Positions 42,291-57,250 of a stretch of 64,000 nt of DNA are shown here, one piece after another. Within the stretch, counting starts at the first letter, position 1. The number at the start of each line of letters is the position of its first letter. A program made the position numbers and the translations under genes. The notes under the pieces are model-generated. The model was not told the origin of the DNA. It saw nothing but the letters and a program-made list of their open reading frames with translations, and did no database searches. Source of the stretch: Octopus vulgaris. Lineage: Eukaryota. The DNA lies in assembly GCA_951406725.2 (NCBI GenBank), contig OX597828.1, forward strand, positions 37,448,001-37,512,000, written 5' to 3'.

Positions 42291-42328
<38 letters not shown>

Positions 42329-42589
42329 TGTATGTGTGTGCGTGTGTGTGTGTGTGTGAGTGTGTGTGATTATAAAAATTTATATACTGGCTAATGACAA
42401 GGAATTTTTGGCGAACAGAATGGTTGATTGTATCGATCTTAATGCCTGGTTTGTAGTCCGAGGAAGAATGAACGTTAATGTCGACATCACTGAGATTTCT
42501 GAGACAGCAAGCACTATAATATATACCTTTACTTCCTCCAACGCTGCCGTTAGCACTCTATGATTTGTATGATGTGGAAAATATTCCGA

Positions 42590-43060
42590 CAGCATTGCCC
42601 CACAGAGTGTAAAGCTAATTGCGAAACTAGAAGCGATCCAACACCACTTCACAAAGAAGATAGACTCAGTAAAGCACATGGGCTTCTGGTAGAGACTGAG
42701 GGAACTGGGACTCTACACTCTGAAGAGGAGACGTGCTATACATGTGGAAAATATTGGAGGGTCTAGCTCCAAATTTCGGGATTGAAATCTTCAATAATTC
42801 CCGAAGTAGATGGCACTGCATAGTACCAAAGGTCCCAGCTTCTCCATCGAGGATATGAACCTAATATTGTAATACTTTGGGATTCAAGGGACCGCAACTT
42901 CTTAGTGCTCTACCACAGAACATTAGGGATCTGCATGGTGTAGAGATGGAAGTCTTCAAAAAACGTCTAGACACCTTTTTATCTGCAATTCCGGATGAAC
43001 CCTCATTGCAGCAGGAAAGCAGAAAGAAGAACGGCAACGTCCAACTTCACCAGAAGCAAT
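42590..43060 (+). pseudogene. CR1-clade LINE ORF2 3' fragment
   Basis: LEAIQHHFTKKI..V....W*RLRELGLYTLKRRR..WKILEGLAPN and GPQLLSALPQNIRD...FKKRLDTFLSAIPDEP. Confidence 0.8.
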
Positions 43061-43161
43061 ATTGGAAAACCCCACAGACGCGGTAATGACGGTGAACAAA
43101 CATGGTCTCAGCCTCTGGCTGAAATCCATAAAAGATCAAAGATAAAAAGTTATATATATAT

Positions 43162-43520
43162 ACTAGCACTATGACCCGGCGTTGCCGGGTCATAATGCTA
43201 ATGCATGCATATAGAGCTGCGTGCGTGCGCACATATACGCGAGTACTGTCCAAATCTCCGACCAATCACATACAGCTAGTGGAATTCAATTGGCGTATCA
43301 AGTTTCGGGCATTTTGATTGGGTTTTGGATAGAAAATTCACAAAAAAGTCAATTCTATTGAATTTTTAATGGTTTTGCGGGGTGACTAGGGAAATGTAAA
43401 GATGTGAACGACCACCCTTGGACGGTTTTGAATGACCATAGAAAGTGCGAGCCCTCTAACTGAAAAACTGTGGATTTGTATGAAGGACACACACACAGAT
43501 ATTTTGCCGTTTATATATAT
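43162..43520 (+). mobile_element. Non-autonomous Helentron/DINE-like element
   Basis: Starts ACTAGC..ATGACCCGGC-GTT-GCCGGGTCAT (5' hairpin). Ends with (AC)n...TTTATATATAT. No coding capacity. Confidence 0.5.
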
Positions 43521-43542
43521 ACATACATATATATATACATAC

Positions 43543-43582
<40 letters not shown>

Positions 43583-43619
43583 CTTTTTATCTATCTATCT
43601 ATCTGTATTTATATATATA

Positions 43620-44212
43620 TGATTGTTGGACACCCTGCAGAACGAAAAATTAGACCCGTCAAAGGGTGGAAGATTACACAGTAGATGGATGATCCCTCAC
43701 ATTGGCTCGTCGGCGACTAAACTGGCAACCCTATCAAAGGAGGGAAATTGTTGGACACCCTGTGAAACGAAAAATAAGACCCATCAAAGAACTGCTGTGT
43801 AATCAACGGCCAGTTCAACACGTACGTTGTCGCGGTGAAGTGCCTGTGTGCTCTATTGATCCGGAGAGCTATGCTGGAGGGAGAGAAATCTTTAGGCAGG
43901 TCTTACCAGGCCAAACAAGTCGAAGGGTAGGAGGCAGATTAAGCCTTAACGACAATAAATAGAAGGATCAGTTGCAGGGCGTGGATTTAGTTATCGGCAG
44001 GACCTTACAAATCAGATTCCTGTCTTTGAACTAGCAGGATGTCATGCAGAGGATCTTCAATACAAGACAATGGATAAGACCCTAATATTCCTAGTTAGAT
44101 GGGAACTGCGAGACCTCATGGAGCAGCGCCCTGTGACTCCTATAGTATGCGCTAACGAAATCCCTATGAATAGGGCGTCCTGTGGGTCGACCAAGATGAG
44201 ATATCTATTCTG
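43620..44212. repeat. Unclassified ~590-bp GC-richer element in (TA)n with an internal 42-bp direct repeat
   Basis: ATTGTTGGACACCCTG..AACGAAAAAT.AGACCC.TCAAAG at ~43622 and ~43747. (TA)n on both flanks. Confidence 0.5.
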
Positions 44213-44268
<56 letters not shown>

Positions 44269-44778
44269 CATCTTTCCATACAGTTTCCATCAACGAAATT
44301 CACACAGACATGGAACCGAGGCTGAAACAGAGTACAGATGTCAAGGTTAACTCGCACTTGGACAAAATACGAACACACATGGTTGTGAAACAAACTTCTC
44401 AATCAAAGAACCATGTTTGTATCTTCTCTTTTTCAACAGGTTAAGATGGAATCGTTTCAATGTTGGGGTTATTATCTTAATAGTATGTTTACTGCTTCAC
44501 TCTGTCCAAGTCTTATAAATTGTTCAGTCCAGTAAGAGATTTAGGATGGTATTCTCTCTTTTGATAAGTGTATGAAAAGTACTTTATTTTTTAAAGTTAG
44601 AATGATTCTCCGAGATCTGCGATAAACTGGGCGGAAGTATAACTTCCATACAGTTTCGTGCAGTCATTTATCATCCACATTGCTTTCCGCAAATTCACAT
44701 TCAGAATCAGAAGTATAATGAAACAAACGGCCGGATCAGCGCGTAGAAGTCAATACACATACATGTACATGTATATAT

Positions 44779-44825
<47 letters not shown>

Positions 44826-44845
44826 GAATGCATGTGTATTTACTT

Positions 44846-45045
44846 TTGACTCTTTTTCTTGCTTCAGTCATTTGACTGCGGCCATGCTGGAGTACCGCCT
44901 TTAGTCGAGCACATCGACCCCAGGACTTATTCTTTGTAAGTTTAGTACTCATTGTATCGGCCTCTTTTGCCGAACCGCTAAGTTACGGGGACGTAAACTC
45001 ACCAGCATCGGTTGGCAAGCGATGCTGGGGAAAAACACAGACACA
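44846..45045 (-). mobile_element. SINE family B, 3' half
   Basis: Reverse complement of 39950-40150. Confidence 0.8.
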
Positions 45046-45083
45046 GGCGCATTTACAAATACGTACATACACACACACACGCG

Positions 45084-45130
<47 letters not shown>

Positions 45131-45228
45131 AAAGACGCACTTAAAAAGGAAGGAAGCGAGCTGTGACAAAATATAGAAAACCGTGTTCGCTACAGACTCT
45201 ACTACTCATACATATAAATGTATACATA

Positions 45229-45262
<34 letters not shown>

Positions 45263-45402
45263 TACACACACGCACACACGCACAGTTGAAGCTCTGATTT
45301 TCTTTTCAACATTTTGTACCCTTTTTATATATAAAAGACTACAATTTGGCGTCATTTTCTGACGGCACAGTGTCAGGTAGCATATATATATATTTAATAT
45401 AC

Positions 45403-45434
<32 letters not shown>

Positions 45435-45523
45435 ATGTATGTATGTATGTATGTATGTAGGTATGCATGCATGTATGTATGTATGTATGTATGTAGATAT
45501 ATATATGTATGTACGTATGTATG

Positions 45524-45566
<43 letters not shown>

Positions 45567-45679
45567 TTATGTATGTAGATATATATATATACATATGTAA
45601 ATATACGTATATCTACCTCTCTCCATCTATCTCTCTTTATATACATACATAACATACATACATATATAGAGGGATAGAG

Positions 45680-45707
45680 AGATAGATAGATAAATAGACA
45701 GACAGAC

Positions 45708-45756
<49 letters not shown>

Positions 45757-45831
45757 CATAGATAGATATATAGAATGATAGATAGACAGATAGATAGATA
45801 GATAGATAGATATATAGAATGATAGATAGAC

Positions 45832-45890
<59 letters not shown>

Positions 45891-45891
45891 C

Positions 45892-45934
<43 letters not shown>

Positions 45935-45939
45935 CAGAC

Positions 45940-45998
<59 letters not shown>

Positions 45999-46050
45999 CA
46001 GACAGATAGATAGATAGACAGATAGATAGATAGATAGTGACAGATAGATA
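45680..46050. repeat. (GATA/GACA)n microsatellite
   Basis: Direct reading. Confidence 0.95.
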
Positions 46051-46198
46051 GATATAATCAGATATTGACACACACACTTTTTCTCCTTCACTCTTTCGCA
46101 CACAAGATCATGCACACGCACGCATAAATGAATGTATGCATGCACATATATACATACTTATGTGTACAAGTGCGTGCGTGTGTCTGTGTACTTCTTCA

Positions 46199-46239
<41 letters not shown>

Positions 46240-47417
46240 ATGTGTGTATGTGTACATGTGTGCGTATGAATCTGTTTGTGTGTACTGATGTAGAATGAAC
46301 CACTTCAGTTACAAAGTTGCGTGCCTTCTTGGATGGTTGATTTCCCAACTCTTAATGGAATCGCAGGGGCGTCGTGACATGCAATATACTAACCTTTTCG
46401 AACTTGCTGCGGCTGCGTGCGAGAACACGTGTTACCAGTGTTCATGCGCCTATCCGTTTTTCCTCTCTCTCTGTCTCTGTTTCTCTCTCTGTCTCTGTCT
46501 CTGTCTCTATCTTTCTATCTCTATTTCTCCTTCTCCCTCTCAGCCTCTCTCGGTCTCTCCATTCTCTTATACAAAAAAGCTTTCTGTTCAACATTCATGC
46601 TCTTTGTTTTTTTTGGAAGTTTTCTTTGAGACTACACCCATCCTTCATGTCCTTGTTCATTCATCTCGGCTCTTTTCTGATTTCCTCTCATTGTCTTTCT
46701 CTCTTCTTCTTAGCCTGCATTGTCTTTCTCTCTTCTTCTTAGCCTGCATCGTCTCATAATTTCCCTTGATACTTCGAGTCTTCTTATTTAAAGTGTGAAT
46801 AGTCTTCGTTGTCCAAGAATTTTGCAGAAGGGTTAAAAGTTAATGTAAAGTGACAATAAAATTTCATGGGCGAAAAGTTTTCCTTTATTAATTGACGATG
46901 GAAATAAATAATTATTTAAATTTACTAAAATCCGTTTACGCTTTATATTTTAAAATGAATAAATAAGTAGTAATACTTAAAATGAATAAATAAGTAGTAA
47001 TACTTATTTAGTAGTAATACTTATTAAGTAGTAATACGTTCAATTTTCAGTCGGGAGAGCAAAAAAAAATGACCTTCCTATTTTTGCTCTGAAAATGTGT
47101 TTCAATTTGAAGTGAGATTAAATCTGAAAGATTTAAAAGAAAAGTCAGAAAATGCAAACATTTGTAGAAGCTAAATAAATGATTATGGATGATGAAACGT
47201 GATGATGATGATGATGATGATGATGGTGATAATAACAGCAATAGCAGCAACAACAACAATAATAATTAATAATTAATACATTCTTTTTTGCTGCCTTACT
47301 CTCCACTGCACCGGGAAAAATGCGTTTACGTTGTTAGTGGAGACGTGTGTTCGTGGGTTCGATTTCGAGACCGGCAAATTGTTGTGTTCTTGCGAAAAAC
47401 ACTTCATTTCACGTAGA

Positions 47418-47833
47418 GGCGGCGAGCTGGCAGAAACGTTAGCATGCCGGGCGAAATGCCTCGCGGTATTTCGTCTGCCGTTACGTTCTGAGTTCTAATT
47501 CTGCCGAGGTCGACTGTGCCTTTCATCCTTTCGGGGTCGATTAAATAAGTACCAGTTTCGCACTGGGGTCAATGTAATCGACTTAATCCGTTTGTCTATC
47601 CTTGTTTGTCCTCTCTGTGCTTAGCCCCTTGTGGGTAGTAAAGAAATGGGTATTTCGTCTGTCATTGCGTTCTGAGTTCAAATTCCTCCGAGGTCAACTT
47701 TGCCTTTCAGCCTTTCGGGGTCGATAAATTAAGTACCAGCTACAAATTGGAGTCCATGTAATCGACTTAATCCGTTTCTCTGTTCATGTTTGTCCTCTCT
47801 ATGTTTAGCCCCTTGTGGGCAATAAGGAAATAG
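47418..47833 (+). mobile_element. SINE family A (duplicated core) inserted into a head-C SINE, with 19-bp TSD
   Basis: AAAACACTTCATTTCACGT at 47396-47414 and 47834-47852. Confidence 0.88.
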
Positions 47834-49234
47834 AAAACACTTCATTTCACGTTGTCACAGTCCTCTCTGATGTAAATGGATAACTTGCGACTCAGGAAAA
47901 TTACGCGAACCACGTTTTGTATTCAGCGATCGAGAGGACGAATAGTATAACCCGTATTTTGAATTCTGTTTGTTTAGGATTGGTTGTTCAGCCGCGTTGA
48001 ATGTCAACGAAATCAAACCTTGTTAGGAGCCAAATTGAAAATTCTATTTCTGCAGCAAAAAAATTGAACGTGTTTTGCTAACTAAATGAAATTGTTCAGG
48101 AATTAGAGTATTTCTGGAAAATAAAATTATGAAGAATTTAAATATTTAATAGTGATTGTGGAGTAAAATATTGGGTGGTAGAGAGAGGAGACAAGAGGCA
48201 TTAAAGGATCCACTGTGAGGAAAGTCTGTTGATTTGCCTTAAAATTTGGCAAAAAGTAAAAAGAAACAATGTACTAGTAAGCATCGCAAACAATTAGGTT
48301 CTTTGTGGATCGGATTTATGTGACGTTACGCCATTGTTGATGACGGTTTGAAGATCGGTTTTTCAATTGTATTCAATAATGACGGATTTGAAACAATTAA
48401 TTTAAGAAATTAGTTATTAAATGTCATGCCCGGTAGACGTAGTTATTACAAGGCAGATAATAATGCCTTCATAATATTAGGTGGAATTATAAATCATATG
48501 AATTTGAAATTTATGGATTTATAACGAAAAAGATGCGTAGAGTTCAAATATTTATTCATCTTATTTCATTTTTGTTTATTGATTACACAGTTCTTAAAAT
48601 TGCTGTTGCATGAAAAAAATCTGTCACTTTTCGACCTTGAAATCGTTTATACATTTTTGCTGCAGGAAACATTTTTCACGTACCATTCTTTCAGCACGTC
48701 GCCGACGCTAACGAGGATGATAATGGTGATGATGATGATGATAATAATAACTATATAAATATAATAAGACGTAACCTTATTGTCAAAGAGAAGCTTTCCT
48801 TTTGGTTATTTCAAAGGAACCCTTAATGTGTAGAATGTACATAGAATCTAACTAGAAAGAACCAAGAGCAGAACAAAATTGCCGCTACGAATGCCATTAT
48901 ACCACAACGAGGATCCTTTGTACACGTAAACGCCATGTAGAGATATACAGATATTATATATATATACACATACATACATATAAACACACACACACACACA
49001 CAAATATATATATATATATATATATATATTTCAACCCGGAGCGAATAATTCAAGAAAAAATATTTGCGAGGATATTATCGACTCTGTTATTATCTAGTGT
49101 AACAATTCAAAATGATAATAACAGAATCAACAATATAGGCGATTGCAGGTCCAAAAGAGCATTAAATAGCTGAAGGATTAAAAATAATCAAAGGACATAT
49201 TTAATATGTCCTCTGATGAATTTTAACCCTGTAT

Positions 49235-49432
49235 ATATGTATGTTGGATCGTTAGCTCTTACACGCATTTTTTTCTCTCCTTGTTTCTTTTCTGTGTATC
49301 TTTCTGTCGAAGAGCGTAGGCTCGAAACGTAAAAGACTTGCTTTATTTTTATTCCTGAGCGCCATATTAATGCAATTGTTTGTTTGTACTCCCCCTGCCT
49401 TCGTCTTTTGTTTATTTTCATAAACCTTCCCG

Positions 49433-49435
<3 letters not shown>
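49235..49435 (+). mobile_element. ~200-bp (TA)n-inserted element with a minimal hammerhead-like motif (49299-49336)
   Basis: ucuuu CUGUCGA A GAGC-GUAG-GCUC GAAA CG UA aaaga. Confidence 0.78.
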
Positions 49436-49471
<36 letters not shown>

Positions 49472-49939
49472 TGTGTGTGTATGCATATACATTATGTGGT
49501 TGCATAATACACATATGCGTGTATCCGTAGCAACAATATAGTGTTGCAAACACAAACATATGCACTCTATCCGGATACAATTTAGCAGCCTTTATTGATA
49601 TATGGACGCAAAGTTCCTAGAATTCTATATCCCTTATCTCTAATCTAATAGCGTGTTATATTCTCCTCTGTTTCATAAGTTTATATTGCCCCAAGCAACC
49701 TTTCTATGTATGTATGTATGTATGTATGTATGTATGTATGTATGTATGTATGTATGTATGTATGTATCTATCTATCTATCTACCTATCTATCTATGTATC
49801 TATCTTTATATCTATCTTCCTATTGATCGTTTTCAAAACACTCACGGCCGCACACACATTATGTACATGTTACAGTATACATATGTATGAATGTATGTAT
49901 GTATGTATGCAAGTATGTATGTACACACACACACACATA

Positions 49940-50036
<97 letters not shown>

Positions 50037-50189
50037 TATTATAATATATATATATGTATATAGAGAGAGAGAGAGACATACGCATGCATACATATATTTA
50101 TATCAATATGTGAACATATTTACACACACATATATATATATATAATCACACATACATTCGTATATAAGCTTATGTCTTCTGTATATATA

Positions 50190-50240
<51 letters not shown>

Positions 50241-50698
50241 TCAGTCACACACACATATATCTATGTAAATGTATATATGTAAATATTATATATATACACG
50301 AACCTGCATACGCATATATGCACGTACATATATACTTACCTGTGGAGACAAAGAGACGGTGATCCTCATCCAAACAACACAAAGAAAACCAACAAAATAG
50401 AATTAAGGAATATTTATGAATAGATCCATGAAAATATAGAAAAAAAAGAAGAAGGAAAAAAGTCTCCGCTCCAACCCGCCTTTGTGTCCTATAAGAAAAT
50501 GACTTAGGGAATGTTTTGCGATATTCGAGATGCATAGAGAAGAGAGCTGTATAACAATAAACTACATTACTTTTATAGTAATAGCGCGTGTAGTCCATTA
50601 AAAGCCTCCCCAATACTGAACTAGCCTGAATTGATACATACATCCATACTAACATAGAGACATACATACATATTTACACACATATATATATATATATA

Positions 50699-50777
<79 letters not shown>

Positions 50778-50952
50778 ACATATGCATATTTATGTTGTAC
50801 TTATGTATGAGTTTGTATGTGTATATGTTTATATATATATATATATGTATGTATGTCAAACAGTTGAACCAGCTGTTGCAAGATATTGCATTATATTGTA
50901 TCTCTGAAATTGTTTCACGAAGGAATTAAACATGAAAATAACAATAATAATG

Positions 50953-50995
<43 letters not shown>

Positions 50996-52029
50996 TAATA
51001 ATAATAATAATGATTAATAATAATAATAATAATAATGCCGAGAATGATGACGATGATGACGATGATGACGATGTTGTTGATGATGATTATGATGACGATG
51101 ATGATGTCTTGTTATAAAGTACAAACGCGAAATACAATAACAATAATAAGAGAATTATGGCGGCAAATACATTAGAGGTATAACCACGACAGCTGCAACA
51201 CACAAACAAAAATGTGTGCTGGGGATAAATAACCCACTTAAAAAAGACACGCCTATACAAAGACAGACGTACACATACGTATATACGTATGTATGCGTAC
51301 ACATGCACATACATAGATGCACACGCACACTCACTGACATCTGAACGCTGTTCTAAAAGTAATGCATAAACGGGTTTTACTTTTTTCTTTTATTTACTGA
51401 CACAGGTCGTTCATTTGGCGCATGCTGTTTTAATACATATTCCGCTACAATAAATCTTGTTTTCTTCTATTTTAGGCAAAAAATACGTTCCAAGGTGAAA
51501 CAAGGTACCGTCATTAAGATAGTGATATATAGAAGGGTTCTAAGCTTTTCGACTCCCACAGAAATCTACAAATTGTTTCCGGAGATGACATCAATCATTG
51601 ACAAGATAAATGCAGGTGACTAAAATGGAGCTAATCAGATTTGAATTCAAGCCATGCAACTCGAGATCACCGCTTCTTATCGCTGTCACGAATCGCCAGT
51701 AACTGGACGAACCGATGCTTGCAGATAGACGGGTCACTGCCCCAGAGCTTACTGCATAATGAACTATGATCAAGATACATTGTAGAAGACGGTTGAAGCC
51801 TTCGGGTGTCAGGTAATATGTACACCGTAGGCATGTAGCCAATTGGCAACCGATTTGAGGGAGAGAAGAGAGCATGTCAGCACAGATCTGCCAAAAGGCT
51901 TTGAAACCCGTCAACATACTTTTCTTTTTCAGGTGAAAATAGGGAATATAGATTTATGGTCCAGAATCGAGGGCTCAGTGTACATAAAGGCATCCAACGT
52001 CTTCTTCAACGTCTAAGTAGTTCACGAGT

Positions 52030-52400
52030 CAGCTGTCAGTGTAAAAAGTCATGGTAACTGCTTTGGAACGCAACAGGGGCGCCATTTTCTTTGATTTTCC
52101 TGGCAATGGTAATCCATACTTTGAGACACTCAAAATGCTTACAGAAATCATTAGGAGGTAGAGACTAAACAAGAGTTTTAAACGGTCAATATTCAGCATG
52201 AAAATGTGTGACCACACGTCTTTGGTAATAAAGCAATCGGCAAATTAGAGTGCTCAGTGGTATCACATCCACTGTAAAATCTCGGTCCGTCTTCCAGCCC
52301 CGAATACCACTTGTTCGGTCCACTTAACCTGGAGACTGTTGAGCGGAACGTTTTTATACAGGAAGCGTTCACAAATATCTGCAATCCGAACGACCTATGC
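52030..52400 (-). pseudogene. Possible decayed L1/Tx1-type 3' end (CCHC knuckle region)
   Basis: Across frameshifts ..GPRFYSGCDTTEH...DCFITKDVWSHI resembles C..C...ET..H....C.....VW. Heavily degenerate. Confidence 0.3.
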
Positions 52401-52659
52401 TATTCAACAGACAAGGTTTGCATGCATGTGTATGCATGTATGTATGTATGTATGTATGTATGTATGTATGTATGTATGTATGTATGTATGTGTAAATACA
52501 TAGATGTATGTATGTGTGTGTGTCTGTGCGCGCGCATTCTATATGTCATATGTGTATTTCTCTTTGTTCATATATATAGATGTTGGGACTTATACTAGAC
52601 GCACATCTGAAGGTAAAATTAATAATTCTTCGTGTTATTATATATATATATATATATAT

Positions 52660-52915
52660 AAATTCAAATCTGGGACAAGAACGCAAGTTATCCAGACAGT
52701 TAGGTGAAACAAAAAAAGGAAAACAAAATATCCAGACAGACGATACAAGGAAAACAAGGACGGATCATTCGGAGTTTTTCGGAGTTTTCTATCTTCAGTC
52801 GAGTTCCACATTATCTTTGCAATTTCGGCTAGTTATACTCGAGATTGCTCCAATCCGCCAGCCCCAAGGAAAAATAAGCTAAGAGCATTACATTCCTTGG
52901 AAGAAAGCAGCGTAT
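52660..52915. repeat. Dispersed (TA)n-associated element, homologous to 16984-17150
   Basis: See 16984-17150. Confidence 0.7.
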
Positions 52916-53712
52916 TTTATACATATAAAATATAGAGGCGTATGTACACTTAGGTCTCTGCTATGTATATATATGTATGTATGTATATATATATATATAT
53001 ATGAACGTTACCGAATAAATTCATTGCTATTTCTCGCAAAATCTCATAATTTATTTACAATCAGATCCTAGATATACGACTCCCAGAGAAAGAACATGAA
53101 AACAATCGGCGTGTTTTTGCTCCAGATATGTAACAATGACGACCATCGCTGTGAGATAGAGATGAAGATACACGATAGAAGGAGACATGCGTCTTTCAGA
53201 TGAAATCGTTTGAAACAAATATCGACGAAGGAAATCTCTCTCTCCCCCTCTTCCTCGCCTCACTTTCCTTCGCTCAAAACAGCCTGTCATTCTACAAGAA
53301 AAAACAAATGAATGAAGACATTGAAAACAATCATATGAGTTTCGTAAAAAATGAAGCTCTGTTAACAGGTATCCGAATGGCTCCTTTTCTGAATTCCTTT
53401 CCTCGCCTTTTTTTCTTGAACACGGATGTTTTGAACAACAGAAATAACATAAAGCAAACAACCAAATGATCATATATTCAACATCCTCGATTATTTATTA
53501 TGAGAGATCAATGAGAACCATGAATATGAACAATGCTTCTCCGTGTCTTTCCGATGTGTGTATTTCGTTATTCATATAAATTAGTGATACGTAGGAAGAC
53601 AATCTGGAAGAGGATACAGATTGTTCAAGAAGATATTGCACACATGTTTCGTGGCAGGACTTACAATATCGTTCACATGTACGTAGTATGTGTGTGAGTC
53701 AATGTAGGATTT

Positions 53713-53751
<39 letters not shown>

Positions 53752-53993
53752 CATATATAATTATACATACATATACATATATATTTACATGCATATATAT
53801 ACACATATATATACATACATATATATATACACATACATACACACATACACACACATATACATACATACACACATACACACACATATACATACATACACAC
53901 ATACACACACATATACATACATACACACACATACATATATACATACATACATACACACACATATATATACATATATATATATGCATACATATA

Positions 53994-54030
<37 letters not shown>

Positions 54031-54063
54031 GCATACATATATATATATATATATATATGCATA

Positions 54064-54100
<37 letters not shown>

Positions 54101-54109
54101 GCATACATA

Positions 54110-54150
<41 letters not shown>

Positions 54151-54349
54151 GCATGCATATATATATATATATGCATACATATATATATATATATATATGC
54201 ATACATATATATATATGCAAACATATATATATATATATATGCATACATATATATATATATATATGCATACATATATATATATATGCAAACATATATATAT
54301 ATATGCATACATATATATATATATATATGCATACATATATATATATATG

Positions 54350-54387
<38 letters not shown>

Positions 54388-54766
54388 GATATATATATAT
54401 ATATATAGATATATATATTTATACATATATATATATACATATATATATATTCATATATATATATAAATATGTATACATATATATTTTCATATATATATAT
54501 ACATATATAAAAATTCATATATATATACATACATATATATATATATATACACATACATACATGCACACACACATATATATAAGTTAGTAGAAGAAACAAA
54601 GATGGCCGATGGTCACGTGGGAGCCACATGAGCAACGGAGGAAGAGTGAGGGAGAGAGAGTGACAGAGTAATAGGATAGAACGGTGGGAGAAAAGGAGGT
54701 AAAAGAATTAGAGAAAGAAGGAAAGTAAAACAAAAGAGAGAAAAGATCGTATAGAGTAATAATATG

Positions 54767-54815
<49 letters not shown>

Positions 54816-54859
54816 CATATATACAAACGTATGTACATACATCTATATGGATATATATG

Positions 54860-55176
54860 CCTGTGTGTGAACAGGACGTCACGAAACGTGTACAACAAAA
54901 ATACGAAGTACGAGTACATGGAATATGAACTATTTTTTTCGAACAACGAAAGACACAAATAGAAAACAAGACAAACAACACAAAATACGACCCTTCATCA
55001 GTTGTTGGCTGCTGTCTAGTCTCGTATTTCGAGCATTTAACAACAATATACGCTTTCGATAAAACAGTTGCTCTCGCAAAGCAAATTAGATAAAATTTGG
55101 AATTTTCTGGAGGGTCAATATTGATAACACAAACAGGACAGTGAAAACAAATAGGAAGGGCTGCTAAGCCACGCAT
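54860..55176. repeat. Dispersed element homologous to 21760-21915
   Basis: Both share TGTG.ACAGGAC.TCAC.AAACGT...CAAC and GAAAACAAGACAA..AACA.AAAA.ACGACCCTTCAT.AGTTGT.GGCTG. Confidence 0.65.
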
Positions 55177-55900
55177 ATAAGATATATAATATTCTTTCTA
55201 GTTTTTGAACCAGCAATTTTAGGTGGAATGGAATTTGATTACAGCTATCCAAGCTCTCCTCTGGTAATTATTTTATCCGTTCTATAAGAATCAAAGGCAA
55301 ATCTGCTGCGGCAGTGTCTTGATATCATAATGTAGAGAGCTTGGACAAAAATACGAATCGTCCGTGTGTTCACATGTGTCTGCTTGCGATAATGTAAACT
55401 TCATTTAATCAGGATACCCTAGGCCCGATGATTAATCTGCAGTACACGCCTCGGTTGGATATCTACTACTTCCGATGTTCCGCTCGCTATGAATCATATG
55501 TATGTATATATATGAGTGTGTGTGTGTGGTATGATATGAAATGCGACACAGTATATATAATATAATATTATACACGTTTGTCTGTGTATATGTGTATATA
55601 TCTATATCTCGATATATACGTATACATGTGTATCTGTCTGTTGCTCTCGCTCTATGTCTGTCTGTCTCTTTATATATACATATATACATTTTTATATATA
55701 TATCTGTGTGTATATATGCATACACTGAGACACACACTCATACACGCACAAATATATATACAAACCATAGACTAAGATCCTTTCACCTTACAGCAATAAT
55801 ACCTTTCTAATGAAAAACCACAATTACCACAAATCTTATTGATTCCTTCAACGTCATTTCTTTTCTTTTCCAGTCCATATATTACCTACACTTATACTAA

Positions 55901-56224
55901 AGGGTAAAGACCCCCTTCGGTCATGAATGACCATGGGATTGCACCTAGAAAGTTACCCTCCTAGACACAAGTCCGGGCAAGGTTGTTTATGGAAGACCAG
56001 CAGTCGCCCATGCATACCAGCCTCCCCTCTCCACACCACCAGTGTTATCCAAGGGAAAGACAAAGGTCGATACAGCTTAGCACCAGTGACGTCGCAACTC
56101 ATTTCTACAGCTGAGTGAACTGGAGCAACGTGAAATAAAGTGCCTTGCTCAAGAACACAACACGCAGCCCGGTCCGGGATTCGAGCTCACAACCTCGACG
56201 CTCTTACCACTGAGCCATGCGCCT
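55901..56224 (-). mobile_element. tRNA-derived SINE, head C + tail type 2
   Basis: Closely similar to 11298-11625. Confidence 0.82.
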
Positions 56225-56973
56225 TCACTTATACTACATTCACATAATTACAGTAGGAAAATATTCTACGCTTTTTCAGAGATGGTACCCTACTTTGGAA
56301 AAATATACTTTTTCTATATTCTATATTTTGATAACCTCCGCTATTCTAAAACTGCCAAACAATGATATAGACAGCAGCCATATTAAATGTGACGTAAGTG
56401 ATGTAAAATAAAATGTTTGATTTTTTCTATCGCATTTACCATCTGTTACACAGATTGCCTCTATGGCTAATCTATCTAATAGTTATTTCAATAAACAGTC
56501 AATAGATATGTTTTATAATTGAAAGTTCACTATTTCTCGCTTTTTATTCTAAATACTCCAAGAGCTTCGTGTCTGGCTTTGACGATGAATGAAATAACGA
56601 ATCAGATGTTATTTTAAAGTGAACTGAACAAACACCGGATTTATTTTCAAAGATCCACGCTTAGCCCCCAAACGTGCGTTTTACATGGAAATGTTAAAGC
56701 CCCAACGTTGTTTCTACAGGCAACTGTAAATGTAACAAGGAGGAAAGTATTTGTTCAAACTGATGAACAGGGTTTACGGGATTTTCAATTATTCACACAT
56801 AGTCAAGCACAAATATATTGCATTACATACATACACATATATACAAACATACATATAGACAGACAGAAACACAGGCAGACATACTGACATACATACAAAC
56901 ATACATGTATACATACGCATATAAATACATACACAGATTCATACATTCATGCATGCATGCATACATATATATG

Positions 56974-57007
<34 letters not shown>

Positions 57008-57027
57008 TACAAACATATATATATACA

Positions 57028-57084
<57 letters not shown>

Positions 57085-57086
<2 letters not shown>

Positions 57087-57250
57087 CAGGAAGCTTTACG
57101 AAAATAAACAAAAGACGAAGGCAGGTGGAGTACAAACAAACAATTGTATTAGTATGGCGCTCGGGAATAGAAATAAAACAAGTCTTTTACGTTTCGAGCC
57201 TACGCTCTTCAACAGAAAGATACTCAGAAAAGAAACACGAAGAGAAACAA
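57085..57250 (-). mobile_element. (TA)n-inserted element with a minimal hammerhead-like motif (57183-57220)
   Basis: Minus strand ucuuu CUGUUGA A GAGC-GUAG-GCUC GAAA CG UA aaaga. Close to the reverse complement of 49270-49435. Confidence 0.78.

Noticed and set aside
49168-49222. Two hairpins (GATTA/TAATC; AGGACATATT/AATATGTCCT) flanked by CTGAAGG and CTGATGA
   Set aside because: No hammerhead topology (I, II or III) can be completed without several core changes.
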